Origin: Epithemia pelagica
Taxonomy: Eukaryota; Protista; Bacillariophyta
Assembly (NCBI GenBank): GCA_946965045.2
Contig: OX337237.1
Coordinates: forward strand, 744,001-808,000
Length of the DNA stretch: 64,000 bases
Reading direction: 5' to 3'
The notes beneath the pieces are model-generated. The model saw only the letters and a list, made by a program, of their open reading frames with translations, was not told the origin of the DNA and did not search any database. The translations under genes and the position numbers were made by a program. Of the stretch, positions 8,439-18,900 are shown one piece after another. Position 1 is the stretch's first letter. Each line of letters opens with the position of its first letter.

Positions 8439-11400
8439 TTAGTAATCTTTCAATTTGCCACTACTCTTGACTCCGTCAGTACTACTGCTTTGTTCCTGTA
8501 GAATTCCCCCCTCTGTCGGTGCATCCAAGACAATAGGCTGTCCTTTCGCATCAGTGACCGGACCATGTACGATATCACATTCTTCTTCCTCCTCCTCATA
8601 CCATTGACGAGGTTCCAAGAATTCCCACTTATCCAATTCCTCTAAATCACGGGTGTCTTGTTCCGACCAACCTGGTCGTTTCATGGCCAGTTGTTTGGCT
8701 TCCTCGGTTAGAAACTTACAATACTAAACACTCCCACCTGAATCTCGTACCCAGTTTGTCCATTCCACTAGTTCGTCATCTTCCACAGTATTCAAGTCGT
8801 TCATGATCTCGTCGTATTTGTATCCACACATAAACACCATCCTTCTCTGAAGCCAGCGAGCCATTGGCTCGAGACGACTCCTTTTCCCCTGCCCTTGATT
8901 AGTAGCACCGCCGCGTTGGGTTCTGGAAAAGTAAAAGCGCTTGAATAAGCTATTGAAAGCTACCGTCATTGTAAATGGTTAGACACCAAAGAGACATGGG
9001 CGATCACGGTCGATCCACTCACCTTCCCATCCTTGTTGGGCATGTGAACTGAGATTCCGCCAATGCAGAAGATACTCAGTCACATGCCCACTGCCTATCA
9101 TATGCGCATAGTTTGTGATTCCTCGTTCACCATGCAAGTCAACCCATCTCGAAAAAAACTCGTCCGCAACACGTTGATATTCGTAGATTTCCTCATCTGT
9201 CATTTCGTTCTTATTGTTCACGAGCTTCATAGACTTGGCATAATATTCAACACTTTCGATCCATGTCTTTCGTCTGCTCTCATCTGGGCAACACAGATCA
9301 ATCAGAATCTTGAATCCATTCACTATCCTTCGGATTCGGACATTATCCATGCAGATCGTTGTTATTGCCTTTGCTTTCTCGTCGTACGGCATTTTCCATT
9401 GCGTCGGGAATTCCTCAGATCCAAGAACAAGAGTATTAAGATTCCTGTTGACTGTATCTTGAAACTCTTGTATCCTCGCGTCCATGCCCCCCTCAGCTTC
9501 TTTATTGATCCAACTAAGCTCATCGCTCTTCGTATACTCCAGGCCTTCTCGGAGAATCATTGTTAGTAGCTTCAAGCCCATTTGGTTCTCCATATGAAGG
9601 ATGCAAGGGATTGCATCCATCATATAAACCAAGGCCGTTGTCTTTTTTGAGACTTTGAATTGATCCTTGACTCTCTGTGCTTGATGATACCACCACTCCT
9701 TGACGTGTGATGATTTTAGCCCTTTCTGTCGATCCTCCAAAGAACCCGAGATATCGAGGCCTCTAGCAGTCAAGTCATTCGTCAAAATCTTTGCGTATTC
9801 TCTCCGTTGCTCTAAAGAGGCCACACTCAAGTCGAAATGAACACTTTGCAAACTCCCTTTCTCCATTCCCGACGCGACACATCTAGGATCTTGCTGTATA
9901 ATGACTTGCGATTTAGCCCAGATCGATTTCATCGTCTTCGCTATGATAGGCATCTCCTTGATGAATTCAGTTATATCCTCCTCAACTTGTTGGATGTGTT
10001 CTTTAGAACAGATCTTGTGGTGTCGACAGATCCAGTTCTTTCTCTCGTCGTTGCCTAGCTTAACACAGATCTTGCATTCGGAAGCCGGTTGTGTCTCAGC
10101 ATGTAACTCACCACTTCGAACGACACATTTAGAACAAGGGTAGGTAACTTGTTGAGCTGCCCCACCTCGGCCGAACAGTTTCCATTCACAGCTCATGTCG
10201 CAGTTTGTGGAAATCGTGAGTTGTAAAATCCCAAATTTCGTGGGAAGTACAATCTTCGCCCCTTCCTTGATCTCTACCATCATCATCCGGAACAGAGACC
10301 TGACCAATGACTCGGACTCTTTCTGACACACGCATAAGATCGGGAACACGCTGTGCCGTGATTGGCCCAGTAGATTGCAGATGTCGTTGAATTTCAGTCC
10401 ACCCAGAACATGTCCGAGGTTCTTTGTAAACAAAGCCCCGTCCAAGCTCTGTGATAGGTAGATTGATCGTTCCTTGGCTTCTCCGCCCATCAAATTACCT
10501 GCCACCAGGATTGCTGCCATCACATCCGCCGCACGAAACGTGAAGCCTTCTGCTCCTGTTTCTTTGTTCCGTAGCATTCTGTAAGGGCATAGTAGGGCCC
10601 CGAATCTGTTCACTTCTGCCGCACAGTTTTGCATGCAAGAGGTGCTTGGCAGTAGAGTCTGTTGATACAGCACTCCGTCAGTTTCTACGGATCGTAGATA
10701 CTCCAACCCGCGGAAGTTTAGTGGTCCTCCCGCCAAGTCCATTGCGCGTAGGATCTTGTACGGCGTTAAAACATTTTCTCTAACGTACTTGCGGAACACA
10801 TTGTAGGTGGCTTTGAACAATTGCCCGCCGTGTATTGTCTTGTCGAGTAGCAAAGACCCGATGTCCGTAAAAAAAGATACTGCTTGATGACTTGTTGTGT
10901 CCATCTTTGATACCTTGGAAGTGATGAACTTGCGTAGGTAAGTCAGCAGAGTCGTCTTATCTTCTGGGTCGTAACATGACTTTGGTAGTTTGTCCGTTTC
11001 ATTCTTCTCCTGTTGTGCTAGCTTTGCTTCGCGGAGCTCCTCTCGAGTTTCCTTGACGATCTTTTCCCAATACCGAAGCCTCTCACTTTTCTTCTTGGAC
11101 TGCAGACGACAGTCCTTCAGCTTCGAAAGCATCGAGGTGAGTTTTTCTTTGAGGTGAACAACTTGTTTAATTAACTTCTCACGCTCTCTATCCTCTATTG
11201 TGTTGTCCTCGTGTGGACAATCTTCCTCTTGCAGGTTCATTTCAGTTGCCCTCAGCCATTCGTCAAGGTCGGTTTCGTCATCGTCCTCTTCTTCGTCATC
11301 TACCACTGTCTCTACGATTGGGCTACTGTGAACGGATTCTCTTGATTCCGGTGTCATTCCAATGCCTGTATTGGGTTCGGCATTGGGTTCTGTCCTTGAA

Positions 11401-12614
11401 GACTTGGTGTCGTTCTTCTTCGTGTCGTCGGAGGCAACCGTCGTTTCGTCCATGTTGACTGGATTACTTGGCGGATTTGTTGACTTAGGAGGATCATCCT
11501 CTACTGTGGTGTTGGTGGATGAAGGGAAGGGGGGTACTAGATCGACTGAAGCTGGTTCTGGAGCTTGTTCAGCAATCTCGGGAAGAGTTTTGTCCTTGTC
11601 CAAGTCTCTGACATTTTCAGTTGGGGCAGGTAATTGCTTGTCACGCTTGGCTCGTCGGATTTTGGTCCTTTTGATAGGCTCGGGTTCTTCAATAGGCTGG
11701 CAAAATAATTCAGCCGGAGGCGGTTCGGGTGCGTATTGAGAATTCTTGTGTCGGAAGGTTGGGCTCCACATGTTGGTGTGTTCTGCTGTGCATTTATAGC
11801 GGCCGCCGACGATGGTCCGATTAATATAATGGCCAGGCCGTGAACCCTGTTCTTGATCAGCCTTGTCGCAGTTGTTACAAAAGAAGTAACCCCTGTGTGC
11901 CTGTTCTCGGTCGCGACCGTAAACCAAGCACGGTACAAATTCTGATTTAAGGAACGTCTTACAGATTTCTGCAATTCTTTTTCGCTCTACAGAGTTGGAT
12001 TCGCATGGAACTTCAGATGCACGTCTTTGTGCTCGAGTTTGCATGTTCGGCGACGCTTGAAGTTTTAAATCTCTCTCGATCTGTTGGATTTCTTCGGGAG
12101 ATGGTTGGCGACAACCGTCGGGTTCGTCACTGGTTGAAGTGGAGCTGGTAGTCTGGCAAAGCTGACAGGGTGCTTCGTCAGTCAACTGTTTTGCAGGACT
12201 GGTTACTGGATGATGGTCTTCATTATTGGGCGACTCTTGGAGATCGACAACGCCATCAATCTGCGAATTTTCTTCTTGAGATGATGGACGAAGTCCATTT
12301 GGTTCAACACTTGTTGGGGCCAATCCGGCAATTCGGCAAGATTTGCGAGATGGTTCTGCAATCGGAGGGTTAAGCGATGCTTTGGGAACAATGTCTCTCC
12401 CAATCTGCTGACGGTTTTCTTGAGGTAATGGGCAAGGTCCATCGAATTCGACACTTGTTGCTGCCAGTCCGGCAATCCGGCGAGATTTTCGAGATGGTTC
12501 TGCAACCGGAGGGACTTCTGAAGTGTGATGGGCCTGGTTTGGGCGCTTCTTCGATGCACGGGTAGGCAAAGTGTATGTAAGATGAGATAAAGCCGCTGTT
12601 ATTGTGAAATACAA
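8439..12614 (-). CDS. RAG1/Transib-like DDE transposase B; exons 12614-9023 and 8959-8724 (TAG); homologous acidic tail continues to 8439
   Basis: D in SLDGA (10440-10442), D in NCDMS (10197-10199), YPCSKC, PCILHME, ITNYAHMIGSGH, E in QQGWE (9024-9026). 63-bp GT-AG intron (8960-9022) at the same position and phase as in A. The TAG at 8724-8726 aligns with Gln in A and lies after the catalytic core. Confidence 0.85.
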
Positions 12615-12949
12615 GTCGTTATCTCATGGGCATACCTCCAGGGTCCATGTTGGAGGGAGGTTGGTCGGCAGGTGGTAGATGAGATCAAAGCACGATTAAT
12701 AGGCGACTACTATGTTATATATCATACAACGCTGGATATATTTTATACTCAAGACTGGGGTGGCGCGCATTGGGCTAGGGGAGGGGCCTGGAAAACCAAT
12801 GAATGAACAAGGCCGCTGTATTGTCGTCCGTATAACTTTACGAATATTTGCTACTTTTGTCAAGTAAGTATACCGTTGGATTCTTGAGACAAAAAGGAAT
12901 CAGATGCAAGTGTTATCTGACAATTGTAGCCATTAATGGGTGAGTGGTA

Positions 12950-13112
12950 GTGCGTTGAAAATGGGTCAGTCTTTTGAGGCCAAAAATTGGGTCTTATATT
13001 TAACAAAAATTCATCCATACAATACTCCAGAGTGACAGAAGCGTTTCTGGTCTGTCTGTTGTACGTAGTTTCGTCATCCCGCGCGCACTATATACTAGGG
13101 GTGCTCGTATTG
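12950..13112 (-). mobile_element. Right end of transposon B (TIR 13095-13112 plus subterminal region)
   Basis: Reverse complement reads CAATACGAGCACCCCTAG. The subterminal blocks (GGGTCTTATATTTAACAA, AGTGACAGA..GTTTCTGG, GCGCGCACT) are shared with the right end of A (6700-6834), and the similarity ends just after GTATTG. Confidence 0.75.
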
Positions 13113-13156
13113 TATTGAATCTCTGTCTGTGAATGTTGGTGTCAACGTCCAGTGAT

Positions 13157-13394
13157 GAATAAATAATCACGGGCGCCCCCTTTGTAACCTACGAAGGGCC
13201 TCGCCATGCCTCGCTACGTACCGCCTGGCATCGCCCGGCCCCTAGTTATGTGTTCGCTAGTGGGTACCGTGGTCGCTATTTGGCCCCTACGTGAGCGATT
13301 TGCCCCCAAAGGGCACCCCTAGTTTAGTCATCATAATTTCTGATAGTTTGATTGTTGCAAGCCGTATATTGCGTCTGGCCGTCAGTTTTTATTC
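13157..13394. mobile_element. 238-bp MITE-like insertion with 6-bp TSD (AGTGAT)
   Basis: AGTGAT at 13151-13156 and 13395-13400. Imperfect TIR GAATAAATAATCACGG / GAATAAAAACTGACGG. The paralogous site near 42620 is empty, with a single AGTGAT. Confidence 0.85.
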
Positions 13395-14037
13395 AGTGAT
13401 CTTCCGTGTAGTTGAGGGAAGGAGCCATTTTTCATTTTTCAGAGCTACCTAAACTACCTAAACTTCAAAACCTAAGTTTCACCTAAACTTCTTTAGAAAC
13501 TACGCTAAAAATCTGAGTACCTAAGTTTGATAGCCCTATTTGAGACGCCAATACGCGAACCAGGGTTGTGTAGTAATGACATAATGAATTTTCTATGACT
13601 AATTGACTATTAATCACGATCTTAGCATCTAGTTACTTTACTAGATACTATCATGTACCCCACACTTCACCTCACTGACGTACTGAATTACTCTTAGTCA
13701 TTTCACCAACTGATAACTACTTTACTTATTGACTATAGTCCTCCTCCATATTAGCGGTTACTTTACTACAGAACTAAAGTCATACATCTCTTAGTAAGTG
13801 TATTTACTACCATTGACTAATCACCGTCATGTCATCCTATGACTATACTTTATGACTATAGTACCTCGTCTCACTGAGTAATGATTTACTAAATTTCTCT
13901 CCATAGTCATGACTATTGATGACTAAGTCACCACTATAGAGTCTTACGACATACTACATACCACACAGAGAAAATGGACAGCGACCTCTTCCCCCCTTGC
14001 CTTACCATTTCACAGCAGCGACCCACAGCACCAAATC

Positions 14038-15884
14038 ATGAACTTTCTTGAATGTAAATCCGAATGCAACATCAAGTACATCCTTCATTGTAATGCATCG
14101 TATTACAAAGCAATTCAAGAGTACCTTGTCAGTCCCCACGAAGGCATCTCCCGCTTGGAACTGCTTACTTGGGTTAAACGGCATACCATTGCATGGCTCA
14201 TTCGACACCAAGGGCACATTGTATTTGAAGACGACAATACACAAAGCTCTACAACACACGCTTGCGTACTGTCTGATTTAAAATTCACACACCGTCTGGA
14301 ACTGTGCTGTTGCATTGTTGTTCAGTGTATCTACGACCATCCGACCACAATTTCTCCATCAGACTTCCAAGAACACATTCTATCTCCCTCCGTGTCGAAT
14401 GATTCGAGTCTTCTTTTCCTTGTGGTTCGATGCACTCCAAAGATAACAATTAACCGGTCTCCCCTTTTCCAGCAATGTTTAGATTACACTCGACAATGCA
14501 AAGAGGAGTTCCCGACTGCCAGTGTTCAAGCCATTCTTCTTTCATGGTTGAATCGCACCTCGGTTGTTTTTCACTGCAAACAATCGGCACAAAACTTCAC
14601 CAACGAATACGTTATTCGGCAATGCTGTGAAGAAGACTCGTACGATGAAGAATGTATTCCAATCTGCATATCCCCATATCTACAAGAAATGGAAATTCAA
14701 TACAACCATTCTAACTCTCCACCCAAAGCTTCTGTATCCACAGAATCGCATGAATGTCACTGTACTTCCCCAAGTACGCTTCTCCGTAAAAAAGACTCAC
14801 CAAATGATTCTCCTGGCCCGGCCCCAAACGACTCTCCTAATGCAAATCACGAATTGGTTACTTCCCGATCCAAAAAAAGGAAAACAAGTTACCCGACAAG
14901 AAAAAGGATAACAAACGAATCATCAATCCGAAATCACATTCATTCTCCTGTACATTCCTATGCTACACGATCAAGGAACAATCAAATCACCAAGATTATA
15001 ATGCTGGCCTCCAGATCAAAAACAAAAATAGAATATCCTGCAAGAAATCACCAGCCAGGCACTCCTCCAAAACTCAAAGACATCAGTCCGTCGTCATTGG
15101 AAGTTCATGTTCCCCCCATTCCAACAACAATCAAAGAAAGACGAATCGAGGAAATCAACCAGATGATCAAATTTCACCAACAGTTGAAATTATCTGGTTT
15201 GGTGGCGCAACGGGACAACTGGGAATCCTGGATTGACAATCATGTTAACCAGCCATTTGCCGACCGACCATTCATGGTACTAATGACAATCTGCATGAGT
15301 TCAAGCACTTCCGATTTGCAATTGAGCACAATCATGCCACGGATTTTTGCTTGTGGCATGATTTCTGCAACGAGTGTGATTGACATTGCTCAACAATTCG
15401 GCATGAACACAATGTGTTCCCTTCTTTCCGAATCTGGTAGGTTCTATGCGAACACGGAACGCATTGTTAATGCTGCGGATTACTTCATCCAAAGGCATAA
15501 TGGAGTAATCCCAAGAGACATAACAATCCACGAACTGACGAGGCTACATGGCATTGGCTACAAGACGGCATGCATTATTTTAGAGGCTGCCTTTGGACGC
15601 GTTGATGGAATCCCCGCGGATATTCATGTAATCAAATGGTCTGCTTTTCTCGGCTGGACCTTCCCGAAACATACTGGACTTACGGTCTCCAAGTATCTTG
15701 AGGCCTGGGTCCCTCACAATCAATGGTCACTCGTGAATCCTCTTTTGGTGCGCTTGGACAACATTCAAACACAATTGTTGGCCGTGGTATTCTATTGACA
15801 AGACTTGGAGAAACCCTTCACTTGGATGCCGATATGTTCCAAAAGGTCAAGACTATGATTAATACGTATCGTCCGTTAAAATAA
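14038..15884 (+). CDS. Endonuclease III-like HhH-GPD DNA glycosylase with long unknown N-terminal extension; probable frameshift at T-run 15743-15746
   Basis: HhH motif LTRLHGIGYKTACIILEAAFGRVDGIPADIHV keeps the catalytic Lys and Asp. The annotated ORF ends at 15798, but a shifted frame gives the Nth-like WSLVNPLFGALGQ and ends at 15884. No 4Fe-4S Cys cluster. Confidence 0.8.
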
Positions 15885-15929
15885 TTAAATAGTTGCTTGC
15901 ATATCACATGTATTCTTTCTTGACATTTA

Positions 15930-18900
15930 CTACGCTGACGAGTCTCCATCGTCGTCAGTATTTTCAAATGCGGATTCACCATTGTCTTCTCCTTCCTCAG
16001 TTCCATCCCTGCTCTCGTTCTCTCCTTCGCTTCCTTCATTCCTGTCTTGTACTTGTCCGTCTTTCTCCCCTGTGTTGGCTGTTTCCAAACTCGCAGCCAA
16101 GGATCGACTGGTTTTCTTCCCCGAATGCCCTTGGCTATCCATGGATTTTGAGGTCTTCGCTTTTTTCTGTCGTGGCGATTGTCTAATTCCCTTTCGGGGA
16201 ACTATCTTTGATTGCTTCCTTTTCTTCGTACTGGGCTCTGCATTCTTGTTCTTCACAGACTTTTTCGTCCTTTCACTTTCTTTGGGCCTTCCACTTTCTT
16301 TGGGCGGATTGGGCCTTCCACTTTCTTTGGGCGGAGTCTCTATAACGACAATTTCTTCTTCATCTCCTTCTTCGACAGCCACAACAGTATTGTCGTCTTT
16401 GTCTCTGTCCAGGTCGTCGTCGTACTCATCCTCTACTTCCTTTCGGTCCATGTCAACCTGTGGATTGTCGATCCCTTTCTTCATGAGACGTTGCAACATC
16501 TCGTCACTGTCTTCCTCGGGTTCTGACTGATCATCCGACTCATCTTCCGAGTCTTCTTCATGACGTGCTTTAATGCGCACATGTACGATACGGTTTGCAA
16601 CAAATTCTCTCGGTTTCGTGGGACGGGCTGCTTTTTTCTTACCGTCGGACAGTCCTTGGACGGCCTCTGTTGCATCTTTGTCATTTACTGTGTCCACACC
16701 CTTGCTGGGTGGGTTTCCTACCGGAGGATCACCGGCATTGTCATCATCTTCTTCTCCATCTTCTTCTCCTTTGAGAATAACTCTACCAGACTCGTCCCGT
16801 TCTGTCCCGGCGAGAACCTTTCCTGAGCTGTCCCGTTCAGGAAAGGTTTCCAGAAACGACATTGTCACGGCGGGATCTTCCATCAAGTGGGTTTCATGGT
16901 CAAACGATAGTTCGTAGGATGCCAACCCATTGGCATTCTTTCTAACAGCCGACAGTTGAACTTGTTTTTGCTGAGTAGCTGCTTCCAAGCCAGGACTATC
17001 CTTGGCTTTCGGAGGCTGAACATAAGAGTTACTAACCGACACTCCATTCGCAATGTCAATCTCAGTCTTCTTGATTTCTTCCAACAAGGGCCGGTTGACA
17101 CATTCCATTGTGCGCATCTCGTTGGTTTTCTTGTGGGCCCTTCTCATTGACTTGTTCTGGTGCATCCATGTACCAATTGAGAAGATGCGTTCTTGGAAAG
17201 CATTGGTGGCCGGCTTCGCTAGCCATATGATGGCACTTGGGTACAAGTAGGGGAACATCATGGAATGGGCCCTCCACCAACCAAGGAGATCGAAGTACTT
17301 GCCAATCTCCAGATAGTTCCTATTGACACAATTCTCTTTGAACTCTTCAGTTTCATCATCGTCCCACTTCTTCGAAACTTTCTCAAACTCCTCCGTACTA
17401 TATTGTCGAATTATACTTTCCCAATGATTGTCAATATGATTTTCGCAGTTCTTCCGAAAATCGTCATAGCAGGCAGTGCATGTCTTCTTAAGGGCTCGCA
17501 TTTTCTCCTGATCAGAGGCGGCGTCCGAAGCTCTTCCACTCAAGTGCAGGAGCACCTGTTGCTGCAAGTCATGGGACTTGCGCATGCTGGCGAAAACATT
17601 CTTGGTCTTGCGCTTAGTTGTTTTGTTATTCGTCTGTGAGTCGTCTTCAGCAGTCAAATTGAAAGACCGTGTCGCAGGTTTGTTGGCAGGTTTGTTTGCT
17701 GTGTTGGATTGGGCGGCCATTGCTGCACCGATCGTAGAGACCCGCGTGTTGCTGAACTTGTCCACCATGTCCTGAATAATTATTCTTCGACCTTCCTTGA
17801 CAGTGTCCATGTTGTAAATACCGAAATTGACAAACATGTTTTCGTAGATGTTTGCCAATAGAGGATTGCAACAAACAGCCTTTAGTCCATCGTGATCACG
17901 GTGGACAAGGTAGTGCTTATATTCAGATATAATGCGACGGACCAGTAGTCGGGGTCCTGGCAAAAGGTCATCAAATTCAACTGTGTCTCGAAAGGTGTCT
18001 AGATCATCTATCGAAAGCCGAGCATCCCATTGATCCGGACTGCCTTTTGCTAGTTTGATGCAAGAAACTCCACTATTTTCTCCATTTGGAGGAAGGCTCA
18101 TGGTTGTGGCTTGAAAGTATGAACAGAAAATCTCGAGTAAAGCGGCCGAGCTTGCACCAGGAGCATCTGATTGAAGTGTCATCGCCACTTGTTTCAGTGG
18201 CGATAGAATACCCTCGTACTGTGACAATAATTGCCAATCCTCTTCGCTGGGATATAGTTTGGCAAATTTGGGATCACTCCCAGCGGCAAGAAGTGCGTAT
18301 TGATCCATTGCCCACTTCAGCCGAGCAAGGGTGTCCAACGAGAGAACAATACCACCAACCCTTGTATCGTTTGGTAGGGGAATCTTGATCACTTGGCATC
18401 CATAGGATTCACAGTTTTCTCGGAAATTTTGAAACCGACGAGGTGCTTTGCTACTCATCAACCATGCTGAAAACTTCTTGAATATAGACCAGAATTCAAT
18501 AAAGGAGGGATTAGAATCCATCAGAATCCGGTTTTGGTAGCGTTGCACGAGACCGGTAGCATGCTTCAGCACTAACTCTGCCTTGTGCATATCACATTTG
18601 CCAGCACGGTCGGTCCCGACGATGTACTTTCCGGCAAGTACAGCAGCCGTTGTGTTGTCGTTCACTGAGGCACAGAGATCCTTTTTTGTGAGTGTCACAC
18701 TTAGAAGCAGGGTCTCGGTGAGATTTGCCACATTGGTTGCTGCATGGCCCTCGCAATCCGCCAGCCCAATGGGAATGCGATATATTTTGCAGTTCCTTGG
18801 ATCGATGAACATTACTGTAACGCCTAAGACATCATGGTCTTTGGCCTGCCAGATGTCATGGCAGACCGTGACAAATGGAATGTCTTGTAGGCAAAGACGG

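Noticed and set aside
953-12614. Endogenous virus or Polinton/Maverick
   Set aside because: No DNA polymerase B, capsid, packaging ATPase or retroviral-type integrase motifs; the large ORFs fit a RAG1/Transib-like core.
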